DNA of 64,000 nt from an uncultured Planctomycetaceae bacterium (GCA_963833985.1 CAWIAD010000001.1:2976001-3040000), one strand, 5' to 3'. Positions 20,618 through 31,076 are shown, counted from the stretch's first letter. A program made the numbers and translations. The notes: generated by a model from the sequence alone, not told the origin.

Positions 20618-23600
20618 TCACGGCTGCGTGCGCTTCCGGAGCTGGTCGCCCATGCTCCTGACCCACTCCTCCGGCGGCAGGCCGTAAGGCCGGAACTTCT
20701 TCGAGCCGGTTCTGCTCCTCGCTGGCGAAGAGCGCGCGGTTCGGGCCAAGCTTGCTGGCCGCCGGTGAATCGAGCAATCCGCCCGAGTCCGTCGGGCTCA
20801 TCTGGAAGAGCACCCGCATGGCGAACTCGCGGAGCTGCTGGTGCGTGGCATAGCGGTTCAGGTTGTTCACGGTGTCGCACCAGGCCAGCAGGTGAACGCC
20901 GAAGCCCGGGCCCTCCCGCAGGATGATGTCGAGGTGGTCGGGCGGAGTCAGCTCGTCTTCCTTGCGGCCGAAGCCAAAGTCGTCCTCGCGCCGGCGCAGG
21001 TCGCGGAACCGCGACAGGTCGTGGATGAGCAGGAAGATCTCGGGCCCGTCGCCGGAGTCTGGCTGCTGGCGGAGGGCCACCTCGCCGGCCACCGCCGCAA
21101 GGAATGGCGCCGCGTCACGCCAGCCGCCCACCTTGACCTCGTGCGGCAGGGCCGACGCGATGCGCGCCAGCGCCCCCGCCTGCTCGTCGTCCTCGGGAGT
21201 GCCGTCGAGCACGAAGAACCGCGCCCCGTAGCGCGTGCCATCGCTCCGTGCCGGAGGGAACTGTGCCGCCAGGCTGAGCAAGGCCGCGGCCGTCACCCCC
21301 ACCGCGGCCTCGCCGTTCTGGCCGACGATCAGCAGGTGGCTGCCCCCCTGGCGGCGAAACAGGGCCGAGGTCGGCTCCTTGATGGCCACCGGGTCGCCGA
21401 CCCATGCCAGTGCCGACTTCGGCGTCTCCGGCCAGGCCGGTAGATCGAGCTGCTGGCCGAGCAGGGGATTGGCGCCAGGTCGGCGGCGGCGTCCCCCTCG
21501 AAGACGATCGGCGTGCGTGCCAGCGCGGGGGACGTTCGCGGCCCAGGGCGCTGAGCTGCCGGAGATACTCTTCCTTGCGCTCGTCGGAAAGCCAGACAAC
21601 CTGGAAAAAGTGGTTCCCCTCCGGCGCTCCGTTGGCATCGTTGTAGATGGCCTCGCCCGGCCGCGAGAGCCACTTCGCCGCCAGGTTGTTCTCGGCCAGG
21701 ATGAGCAGCGAATCCACCTCGCTGCATTGCAGGGCGATGCGCACGGCCATCTGCCCAAGCGTGCTGCGGGCGAGCGTGAACGCTCCGCCCAGCGACTGCG
21801 ATCCCAGGTGTACGTGCACGCCGAAGGCCCGGCCCTGGCGCACCAGGCGGTCGAGCAAGAGCGCGGCCTCCTGCGCGAGCTTGTCCTCCTCGACGAAGAA
21901 CTCCTGGAACTCGTCCACGATGAGCAAGATCCGGGGCAGGGGAGTCGTCCCGGCGCATTACGGTAGCCGCTCACGTCCTGCACGCCGGCGTCGCGGAACC
22001 GGTCGGCCCGCATCTTCATTTCCAGGTCCAGCCGCTGGAGCACGCTGATGCCGAATTCGCGCTCGCTCTCGATGGCCACCACGCTGGCGTGCGGCAACCC
22101 GAACGTGGCGTAGATCTTGAACTCCACGCCCTTCTTGAAGTCGATGAGGTAGAGGTCGATCTCGTCGGGGCTGTAATAGAGCGCCAGGTTCGTGATCAGG
22201 GCGTGCATGAGCGTGGACTTGCCCGAGCCCGTGCGGCCGGCAATAAGCACGTGCTGCGAGGTTCCCTGGCCGAGCGTCAGGTTCTGCCGCTTGGTCGCCC
22301 CCGCCTTCCCCAGGGCGATGTCGATGCCCGAGCGGCTGTCCTGCGTCCACCACGCCTCGCGTGGCGGTGCGATGAAGTCGAACGGCACCTCCACCCGTTT
22401 GGCCGCACGCGCCGCGGCCCCCACCTTCTGGATCTGCCGGGTGGCGAACTCGGACGGCGGGGGCGGGTCGAGCGCCAGCGGAAACGGGATAAGGTCGGGA
22501 TCGTCCCAGGCGAGATCGCCCTCTTTCCAGTCCAGGTGGGCACAGTGCGGCCGCAGGTCGTTCAGCCCGAAGCCCGGCGGCATGGTCCGGGACGTATCAA
22601 CGGCGGCCAGCACAAGCACGCCGCACGGCACGCCCCCCGCGGCGATGGAAGCCAGCCGCCCGGCGGCCTTCTCGTCAAACTTGACGGGAAAATCCGCGAT
22701 CACCAGCACGCGATAGGGCTCGGCCACTTCCTCCGCCACGGCGTTGTAGGCCTCGATGGTGGGATACTCGTTCCGCAGGTACTTCTGCGTGACGGTCTCC
22801 ATGTGGGCTTCCAGCTCGGCCAGCCGCTCATCGATCTGCCGCGGGTCGGTCCAGACCTGACCGTTCACGAGCGCGGGGTCGAAGTCGGCCAGGTGCATGA
22901 ACGCGCCGAAGTTGCGGCCGATTCCGATGGGATCGACGATCGTGAACCGCACCATTCCCGGCGGCAGGCTGGTGAGGATGCGGAACATCGACGCTTGAAG
23001 CACGGCCACGGCCGCGGCCCGGCCCTCCGGCGGCGTCTCGATGAGCAGGTTTGCCGCGCCGGGGAACGCGCGCATCACCGCCAGATCGAACCGCCGGCGA
23101 ATTCCCTCCATGAGCCGCGGATCGCTCGAGACTCCACCGGGCAGGCTCGCCAGGTCGACAGCCGCCTCTCCCAGCCGCAGCACCGGCGGCAGAGAACGGG
23201 GCAGGGGCCGGTCGGCCCACGACGGATCGTCCCATGGCGGGCCGACCGCGTCCACGGCCTGGCGCACGGCCGCCAGCTCGGCCGTCACCCGCTCCATCCC
23301 CTCGCGCCAGCGGCCGGCCATGGCGGCCCACTTCTTCTCGTAGCGGGACTTCACCTGCTCCTTCAGGCTCTGGTAGTTCTCGTCCAGCTTCACCAGGCCG
23401 CGCTCGGTCTGGACCTTGAGCTCGGCCATCCGCTGGCGGTTCGCGTCGACGGCCTCGCTCATCGCCGTGGCCTGGGTGGTCTGGACGTCCACCATCCGCT
23501 GGGCGTAAACCTCATTGATGTGGCGGATCTGCTCGTCGCGCCGGGCCTCACCCTGCTCGATGGTCCGGACGTGCTGCTCCTTGGCCCGCGCCTGCTCCTC

Positions 23601-24604
23601 CTCATGCCTGGCGGCCAGCCGCTTGCGCTCCTCGGCGTGGCGGGCGTCGGCCTGCGCGGCCGTAGTCCAGCAGGGCCGTGACGTCCGCCAGCGATTGCAT
23701 GAGCGGGTCGTAAAGCCGCTGGAGCTGCTTTTTCGAGATCTGCACCAGCCAGGTGCGCAACAGCCCGCCCAGGGCCAGGCCGGTGACGGCCAGACCGGCG
23801 ATGCCGGCGGCGGGCAGCTCCAGCAGGATGGCGACGACCACGCACAGAAGCAGCGGGACCACGAAAGTCCAGGCCTCACGCGCACCCTTCATCATCTTCG
23901 GGATGACCAGCTTTTCCAGCAGGTTGACCGCCGGCTCCATCCGTCCCAGCCGGTTGAAGGCCTCGTCCACCGGCGGCTGGAACTTGTCGTACGATTCGCG
24001 CCGGGGCGGGCGGGTCGGGCTTGAGCTGGAACTTGACGTACTCGGCGGCAAGCCGCGCCAGCCGCTCGCGGAACCCGTCGCTCGCCTGGACGGCCGAGCT
24101 GATCGGCTGCAATTCCTTGGTGTGCTCGCCGGCCGCCTTCCGCTTGCCGGCCTCGAGCTGGCTGGCAGCGACACCGCGTGCGCGCTGGTAGTCACTCTTG
24201 GCCGTCTCGCGCAAAGCATCGAACTCGGCGGCGATGCGCCGGCTGGACGAGGCGAAATCTGCCTTGGTCCTGGCCTCTCCGGTCATCGCGGCGTTCACGA
24301 TCGACCGCCTGCGCTGCTCGTCGTCGGCCCGGGCCTCGCGGTCGAGCGCCTGGTACTTGTCAACGAATCCCTGCCGCGACTTCGCGTATTCGGTCTCCAC
24401 CCTGGCGTCGTTGGACGCCCGCGTTTCCTCGACGTCCTTCTCGGCCGCGGCGCGCTCGGCCGTCAGCCGCAAGAGCTCGCGCAGGGCCGCGCTCTGGCGG
24501 CCGGGCAGGTCGTGGGAGGCAGCAGCAACCTTTCCGTCCAGAGGACTGGAAGGGGCCGGCGGCTCCGTGCCGGCAATGGTGCGCAGGGCGCTCGATGTGC
24601 TCAC
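20618..24604 (-). CDS. Membrane-anchored FtsK/SpoIIIE-family ATPase, EssC/EccC-like; about 6 apparent frameshifts
   Basis: Coiled coil, 2 TM (~23760-23870), coiled coil, degenerate ATPase (RFTIVDPIGIG), intact ATPase (HVLIAGRTGSGKST, YLIDFKKG, LIVDEFQEFF, RQGRAFGVH), degenerate third (LREGPGFGVH), ending EKFRPY. Shifts near 24000, 23660, 21945, 21530, 21475, 20700. Confidence 0.85.
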
Positions 24605-24840
24605 AGGCTCTCACTCCGGTCGGAACAATCGCGGCGCACCTGGTCGAGTACCTCGGCCACCTTCTGCATGCCCGTGACCGCGGCGTCGATGGCCGGATCC
24701 AGCGGCGCCAGGTAGCGGTCCTCGAACCTGTGGCGCACCGCGTCGCCCCAGGTCGCCTCGGTGATCAGCCACTGGTCCTTGAGCGAGCGCAGCGTCTGCT
24801 TCAGCCGATTCGCGCCCATCAGAACTTTCGCGTTTGGCAT
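24601..24840 (-). CDS. Small helical-hairpin protein, WXG100-like
   Basis: 79 aa, helix-TWGD-helix; its stop overlaps the FtsK GTG start. Confidence 0.7.
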   Translation of the reverse strand: MPNAKVLMGANRLKQTLRSLKDQWLITEATWGDAVRHRFEDRYLAPLDPAIDAAVTGMQKVAEVLDQVRRDCSDRSESL

Positions 24841-24846
24841 GCGGAC

Positions 24847-25497
24847 TCACCTCTCGTCGGGTTCACGCATCGGTTCGTCTTGCGGCTGCGGCGCAGACTC
24901 GGCCGGCTCTTCCTCGATGGCCTTGACCGCGATCTCCTGGAAGGCGGCAGGCGCGGCCGTCACCGCGGCTTGCGGCGCGGCCTGGTCCAGGCTCGCCGGT
25001 GCGGCCATAGCCGGCGGCGCCAGTTGCAGGTAGGCCTCCAGCGCGTCGATGATGCGGGTGAGAAGGTTGAGCGCGCGTGGCATGTCGGAGGCGGCCAGCT
25101 CCTTGATCCTCTGGATGCTGCCGTGATACTCAAGTGCAGCCTGGTGGAACAGCGGCTGCCACTTGCGCACCAGCAGGAGCCGCTTCTCGGCGTCCTGCAA
25201 CCCGGCCTCGGCGCGGCGGAGGATCTCCATCGGCTCGCTCAGCGAGGGCGAATAGTCCGGCTTCTTCTGGAGCTTGCGGCGAAAGACCTCGGCCCGCGCC
25301 GCCGCCACTTCCTCGCGCCGCCGCTTGATCTGCTCTTGCCAGTAATAGGGCCGGTCCTGCTGGAGCCACTGTCCGGTGCGTCGCACCTCGAACTCGACCG
25401 CCCCCAGTGCCGCCAGCGTATCGTCGGCATAGAGCGCCAGCGCCGTGCGGAAGTCCTTGAGCGCATCGATCGAATGGACTTCAGCCTGAGAGCTCAT
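24847..25497 (-). CDS. Conserved helical/coiled-coil protein of the FtsK operon
   Basis: MSSQAEVHSIDALKDFRTAL...WLQQDRPYYWQEQIKRR...L..IIDALEAYL then acidic/Pro tail; 6 bp gap to next gene. Confidence 0.75.
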   Translation of the reverse strand: MSSQAEVHSIDALKDFRTALALYADDTLAALGAVEFEVRRTGQWLQQDRPYYWQEQIKRRREEVAAARAEVFRRKLQKKPDYSPSLSEPMEILRRAEAGLQDAEKRLLLVRKWQPLFHQAALEYHGSIQRIKELAASDMPRALNLLTRIIDALEAYLQLAPPAMAAPASLDQAAPQAAVTAAPAAFQEIAVKAIEEEPAESAPQPQDEPMREPDER

Positions 25498-25692
25498 GGA
25501 AGTGAAGGCCCTTGGCACGCCGGCCGTTCCGGAACGGCTTGCACCACGCCGAATTGCACCACAGCGCGAGCCTAGCAGACGGGACGGAAGCTGTAAAGGA
25601 CCGCGGACGTATCAAGCTGTTCCAGGACCGCTCCGCCAGGACTTGAAGCACCTTGGGCGAGCCGAGGTCTTCCTCCGGAAACGGCGCGTTTC

Positions 25693-25947
25693 TCAATTGG
25701 AAGCGGCTTCAAAACTCACTTGATGGTGACCCTGTCCGGTGGCCCGGTAACCGGCGCAGGCGATCGCCATCTTCGCGGTTTGGAGGGCAGCGTTGTAGGC
25801 CGTTGCAAAAGCGCGGTCCGCCGAAAGCCCGGCAAGACTTGCATCGCGAAGGTCCCGCGCGATCACGGTCCGAAGGTCATCCAGCTCCGACTTGCTTGTG
25901 GCGTGCGGCCGGACCCGGTTGGAATTGAGTAACTGCCTCCAGGTCAT
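25693..25947 (-). pseudogene. HEPN-like toxin, 3'-truncated
   Basis: MTWRQLL...RDLRDA...DRAFATAYNAALQ...GYR..GQGHH; stops before the expected C-terminal catalytic half. Confidence 0.65.
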
Positions 25948-26521
25948 GCTGATCCCCAACCACAAAGAGCTTCTCGCGGCTGCTCACGGTGATAAGAAAA
26001 TGATGCCTTTCGGAGATCTTCTTTGCGACCTCTTCCGGAGTGTAAATGGACGGGTTCACCGGGCGGAGAAGCTTTTCCTCCGCGGTTTTCAGCGCAAGGG
26101 CAAGCTCGGCAAGTCCCAGGCGGCCGATGACCATCAAGTCCACGTCGCTGCCAGGACCTTCCTCCTGCCGCGCAATAGAACCATGAACGAAGGCGACGTC
26201 GATGCGCTCGCGAAGTGGTTGCAGGCACCCGGCCAGGACATCTCTCAGCCCCGCCGTCTTGAGGAAAAGCCCGTGAAGTTCTGGAAAGATCGGACTCGAG
26301 GTCTCTGCCGCGTAATAGCCCCGGTTTCCATCTGCACGCCTACGCAGGATCCCTCCCGCGACAAGCGCAGCGAGCTCTCGCTGAAGGCTCGACGGCCGTA
26401 CCTCAAGACGCCGGGCGAGATCCGAGAGATACCATTCCCTGGAAGCATCCCCGTACAGCACAGCCAGGATGCGCTGGCGTGTTCTGGGCATCAGGGCGTC
26501 GAGCGGTTTTGTTTCACGCAT
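25877..26521 (-). CDS. ArsR-type HTH + minimal nucleotidyltransferase (MNT antitoxin)
   Basis: YLSDLARRL..RPSSLQREL; AFVHGSIAR...GSDVDLMVIG; RPVNPSIY. Confidence 0.85.
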   Translation of the reverse strand: MRETKPLDALMPRTRQRILAVLYGDASREWYLSDLARRLEVRPSSLQRELAALVAGGILRRRADGNRGYYAAETSSPIFPELHGLFLKTAGLRDVLAGCLQPLRERIDVAFVHGSIARQEEGPGSDVDLMVIGRLGLAELALALKTAEEKLLRPVNPSIYTPEEVAKKISERHHFLITVSSREKLFVVGDQHDLEAVTQFQPGPAARHKQVGAG

Positions 26522-26589
26522 TCTGCGTTACTCTACACGCGATTTGCGTAAGGTTCAACTGCGCTTCCGAGTTTCTGCCACGAAGGTAG

Positions 26590-26781
26590 AGACTGGAGTG
26601 GCCCGGTGGAACAGCGGCTGCCACATACGCACAAGGACAGGCCGCTTCCCGGCGTCCTGCTAGCCGACCTGGGCGCGGCGGAGGATTTCCATCGGCTCAC
26701 TCCTGGACAGTGAGTACCGGGCTATATCTGGAGCTTGCGCGGAAGACCTCCGCCCGAGCCGCCGCCACCCTCGCGCCGCCG
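26590..26781 (-). pseudogene. Decayed copy of 25127-25323 (internal part of first FtsK-operon gene)
   Basis: Shares GGTGGAACAGCGGCTGCCAC, GGCGTCCTGC, GGCGCGGCGGAGGAT.TCCATCGGCTC, TCTGGAGCTTGCG, AAGACCTC, GCCGCCAC; TTG to TAG stop and indels. Confidence 0.85.
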
Positions 26782-26806
26782 TTCCTCGTGCGGGCATTCC
26801 CGCTGG

Positions 26807-27307
26807 TTATTCGTCACCCGAGGGGCCGTACATGCCGGGGACCGGGATGTCGTTCAAGCGCAGGTAGACGCACAGGATGGCCCGGTGGTGAACGATGTGG
26901 TTGAGGACGAACGACCTCACGATGGTGGACCTGGGCATGCTGAAGATCGGATTGCCGGCCCGTAACAAGGTCCACGTGCACCCCATCTCCTCGTCCGTGG
27001 CCGCCACGAGCGCTGCCCGCGCGGCCGCGACGTTGTGGTCAAAACTCTCAAGGATCTCCGCCCGGCTGCCCAGGTTCGGCAACCGGAACGGCTCGCCACC
27101 GACCGGGGCGGTGTCCAGCGATGTCGAGTTCAACGCGTGCACGAGCCAATCCGGCAGGTTCGCCAGGTGATTGGCGTTCCACCCGATCGTGTGCGACTTC
27201 GGATGCGGCTGCCAGTCCAGCTTATCATCCGGGATGCGCTCGAGAACCTTGCGCGTGCTGGCCATTTCCTGGTCGAACTCGGGCAGAAGCATTTCGGCAT
27301 AGGTCAT
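26807..27307 (-). CDS. DinB family protein
   Basis: EFDQEMASTRKVLERIPDDKLDWQPHPKS...HLA...NHIVHHRA.LCVYLRL..IPVPGMYGPS. Confidence 0.9.
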   Translation of the reverse strand: MTYAEMLLPEFDQEMASTRKVLERIPDDKLDWQPHPKSHTIGWNANHLANLPDWLVHALNSTSLDTAPVGGEPFRLPNLGSRAEILESFDHNVAAARAALVAATDEEMGCTWTLLRAGNPIFSMPRSTIVRSFVLNHIVHHRAILCVYLRLNDIPVPGMYGPSGDE

Positions 27308-27520
27308 GAGAAACCCCCCTGAAATCCTGGGACCTGGCCCGAAGGCCGTTGACTGCGCCCATGGCATTGGAACCAGGTATCGACAGATTGTCAACTTCTG
27401 TACACTACTTTTCGGGCGACGCACTTTTTGCCCCGGTGCGCGATGCTTGAGCGCGGTGGTGGGTCTCGCTACCTTGGCCCTTTGCCTGTGGAGCATGATG
27501 CGGTGGATCAGAATGCGCGA

Positions 27521-29330
27521 ATGAACGCAGTAGAGAAGACGAAGGCGGAGGATGATCTCCGCACCGAGTACGAGCGCCGGCGGGACGACCGGGAAATGGC
27601 TCACAAGCGTGCCAGCCGGCGGGAGCATCAGGTGGCCGACGCCCGGCTGGCTGTGTTTTCCGTGGGACTTGTGCTGGCGTTCTTCATTTACTGGATGCAC
27701 TGGCCGGATGCCCTCTGGCTGAGCGTTCCGCTGGTCCTGTTCATCGGGCTGGTGCTGGTGCACGAACCGCTGCGAAGGCAGGTCCGGCGCGGATCGAGCG
27801 GCCTCCTTTTACGCACGCGGGCTGGCCAGGCTCGACGATCGCTGGGCCGGGACCGGGGTGGGCGGCGACTCGTTCCTGGACCTGAACCATCCCTACGCCG
27901 CCGACCTGGACCTGTTCGGTCGCGGCTCACTATTCGAGCGGCTGTGCACGGCCCGCACTCGAGCCGGGGAAGAGACGCTGGCCGCCTGGCTGCTGGCACC
28001 CGCGGCGCCGGAATCGATCGCGGAGCGGCACGAGGCGATCACCGAGCTGCGGCCCAGGCTGAATCTCCGCGAGGACCTGGAGCTGTACGGCTCGGACGTC
28101 AGGTCGGCCATCGATCCGGAAGCGCTCGCCGGGTGGGGGAACGCCCCGCGCGTCTTTCACGGCAGGGCCTTACCGATCGCGGCCGCGGCGCTGGCACTTT
28201 TCGGCACGGCCGCGGTGCTGGGCTGGTTCTTCCTCGACCTGCCGTTGCGCTGGCTGCTCGCCGGGCTGGCGCTGGAGACCGCATTCGCCATGGCGCTGCG
28301 GTCCCGGGTCGATCATGTGCTTGCCGCCGTGAGCGAACGTTCGGCCGACCTCGTACTGCTGAGCGACCTGCTCGATCGCATCGAGCGAGAGCCGTGCGGT
28401 CGGCCGTTGCTGGAGCGGGTGCGTCACTCGCTTCAAACGGGAGGCCGACCGGCCTCGGGGCAGATTCGCCGCCTGGCCCGGCTGGTCCACCTGCTTGAGA
28501 CGCGTAGGAACCAGTTCTTCTTGCCGATCGCGGCACTGCTGCTCTGGAGAACGCAGCTCGCCATGGTGATCGACGCATGGCGCGGGACCGCGGGACCGTG
28601 CATCGCCACCTGGCTGAAGGCCGTGGGTGAGTTCGAGGCGATCTCGGCGCTGGCGGCCTACGCGGCGGAGAACCCGGCCGACGTGTTCCCGGAGGTCGTG
28701 CCCGGCCCGGCTCGATTCGAGGCCGAGGCGCTCGGGCATCCGCTGCTGGCGGTGTCACAATGCGTACGCAACGACCTGAGCCTGGGAACCCAGGTGCACG
28801 CGGCAGTGGTGAGCGGGTCGAACATGTCGGGCAAGAGCACGTTGCTCAGATCGGTGGGCGTGGCGGCCGTGATGGCACTGGCGGGCGCACCGGTGCGGGC
28901 GGCCAGGCTGTCGCTCTCGCCGCTGTCCGTCGGGGCGACGCTGCGGATTCAGGATTCACTCCAGGCCGGCAAGTCGCGGTTCTATGCCGAGATCACGCGC
29001 GTGCGTCAGGTTGTGGACCTGGCGGCCGGTCCGCTGCCGCTCCTGTTCCTCTTCGATGAGCTCTTCCACGGCACGAACTCGGACGATCGCCGCCGGGGTG
29101 CCGAGGCGGTGCTGCGCGGCCTTCTGGACCGCGGAGCGATCGGCCTGATCACGACGCACGACCTGGCGCTGGCGAAGATTGCCGAGGGGATCGGTCCACA
29201 GGCCGTGAACGTGCACTTCGCCGACCATTTCGAGAACGGCCAGATGCACTTCGACTACACGATGCGGCCCGGCGTGGTGGAGCATTCCAACGCCATTGCG
29301 CTCATGCGGGCCGTGGGGTTGAATGTGTAA
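27521..29330 (+). CDS. Membrane-associated MutS-related ATPase (MutS domain V only); apparent frameshift near 27790
   Basis: N-terminal TMs, HPYAADLDLFG.GSLF, GSNMSGKSTLLR, SRFYAEI, DELFHGTNS, TTHDL, FDY. Confidence 0.85.
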
Positions 29331-29448
29331 GCGACAGGCAAGAGCGTACTTGACGGGCACCCGGGACGTTGCTTCGAGACCGGACGGCCTGGCGATTCTC
29401 GAGGGACCCGTGTCCATACGTGTCATTCCTTGATTCAAATAACCCCAG

Positions 29449-29645
29449 TGGCACGATCGGAATCGTGCCCCACGTGGGGAGGGAAAGAATGGCACGATCG
29501 GAATCGTGCCCCACGTGGGGAGGGAAAGAATGGCACGATCGGAATCGTGCCCCACGTGGGAAGGGAAAGAATGGCACGATCGGAATCGTGCCCCACGTGG
29601 GGAGGGAAAGAATGGCACGATCGGAATCGTGCCCCACGTGGGGAG
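29449..29645. repeat. Tandem array, 4.8 x 41 bp, REP-like palindromic unit
   Basis: TGGCACGATCGGAATCGTGCCCCACGTGGGGAGGGAAAGAA at 29449, 29490, 29531, 29572, 29613; one G>A at 29561; between convergent genes. Confidence 0.95.
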
Positions 29646-29664
29646 CGGCCGGGCGTGCGATTGC

Positions 29665-31002
29665 CTATCCGTCCAGCCGGGGCAAGCGGCCGGTGCTGTC
29701 ACCGAGGCGGTCGACCGGGGCACCCATGCGGTCAAGCAGTGAGAGGTAGAGGTTGTTCAGGGGCTGGGGCGAGTACTTGACGTGGCGGCCGGGCTTGAGG
29801 CTGCCTGCGCCACGGCCGGCCAGCAGGACTGGCAGGTCGTCGTGGTTGTGGCGGTCGCCGTCGCTGATGCCACTGCCGTAGACGATCATCGTGCTGTCCA
29901 GCAGCGAGTGCTCGCCCTCGCGGACGGCTTTCAGCTTGCCCAGCAGGTAGGCGAACTGCTCGATGTGGAAGCGGTTGATCTTCTTGAGCTTGGCGTGCTT
30001 CTTCGGGTCGCCGCCGTGGTGCGAGAGGTCGTGATGGCCGTCCGGGACGCCCAGGAACGGATAGGGGCGTGTCGAGCCTTCGTTGGCATACATGAAGGTA
30101 CAGATGCGCGTGGAGTCGGTCTGGAAGGCCAGGGCGATGATATCGAACATGAGCCGGATATGCTCGGCGTACTCGCGGGGGATACCGGCGGGCCGGGCCA
30201 GCCCCGGGGGCAGGTCCGGGGCTGAATCCGCACGAGCGATCCGCTGTTCGATCTCGCGGATCGAGGTCAGGTAGTCGTCGAGCTTGCGGCGGTCGTTCAT
30301 GCCCAGCCGCCCGCGCAGTTGCTGGGCGTCGCCGATGGCGAAGTCCAGGATGCTCCGCCGGTAGAGGTCGCGCTTCTGCTGCTCGGCGCGGCTGCCGGTG
30401 GCGGTCCGGCCGGCGAAGAGCCGGTCGAAGACAAGGCGCGGGTTGATCTCCTTGGCCACCGGGGTTTCGGGCGAACGCCAGGAGATGTTCGACGAGTAGG
30501 CACAGCTATAGCCCGAGTCGCAGTTGCCCGACTGACCGCCCCGCTCCACGCCCAGCTCCAGCGACGGCAGCCGCGTGTGGCCGCCGATCTTCTGCGCGGC
30601 GACCTGGTCGGCCGAGATGCCCACGTGAATGTTGGCGCCGTCGGTCTTCAGCGGGTGCACGCCGGTGAGGAAGCAACAGAGCGACCGGGCGTGGTCGCCG
30701 GGTCCGTCGCCCAGGGCCTCGGCGTTGTGCTGCTCCAGGCCGGTGAGCACCAGCAGGTCGTCGCGGTAGGGGGCAAGCGGCTCCAGCAGATGCGGCAGCG
30801 TGAAGCCGGCACCCTCCTGCCCGGGCCGCCAGTCCGGCATGTGCACGCCGTTGGGCACGTACAGGAACGCCATGCGTTTCGGTCCGGGCGCGACGGGGCT
30901 GGCGGCCGGGGCCATCGCCTCCAGCCAGGGAAGCGCGATCGCGGTTCCCAGTCCGCGCAGTACCGTGCGTCGAGAGAGCAGCTTGCCGTGTTGTGGGCTC
31001 AT
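29665..31002 (-). CDS. DUF1552 domain protein (Tat-like leader)
   Basis: SRRTVLRGLG.AIALPWLEAM, YVPNG, CDSGYSCAY..NISW, AFQTDSTR, HHDLSHH, DGDRHNHDDLP. Confidence 0.92.
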   Translation of the reverse strand: MSPQHGKLLSRRTVLRGLGTAIALPWLEAMAPAASPVAPGPKRMAFLYVPNGVHMPDWRPGQEGAGFTLPHLLEPLAPYRDDLLVLTGLEQHNAEALGDGPGDHARSLCCFLTGVHPLKTDGANIHVGISADQVAAQKIGGHTRLPSLELGVERGGQSGNCDSGYSCAYSSNISWRSPETPVAKEINPRLVFDRLFAGRTATGSRAEQQKRDLYRRSILDFAIGDAQQLRGRLGMNDRRKLDDYLTSIREIEQRIARADSAPDLPPGLARPAGIPREYAEHIRLMFDIIALAFQTDSTRICTFMYANEGSTRPYPFLGVPDGHHDLSHHGGDPKKHAKLKKINRFHIEQFAYLLGKLKAVREGEHSLLDSTMIVYGSGISDGDRHNHDDLPVLLAGRGAGSLKPGRHVKYSPQPLNNLYLSLLDRMGAPVDRLGDSTGRLPRLDG

Positions 31003-31076
31003 TCCTTGGGTTCCTGGACCGCGGAGGGAGGAAGGGAAACGCCGTTCTCATCAGCTCTCGTGAAGCAGTCGCCGGA

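Noticed and set aside
20618..24604. Cell-division FtsK or conjugative coupling protein of an ICE
   Set aside because: No FtsK gamma domain or 4-TM N-terminus; no relaxase, integrase or VirB genes; multi-domain layout fits EssC/EccC-like better
29449..29645. CRISPR array
   Set aside because: Units are identical end to end with no unique spacers, and there are no cas genes; the repetitive ORFs across it are artefacts
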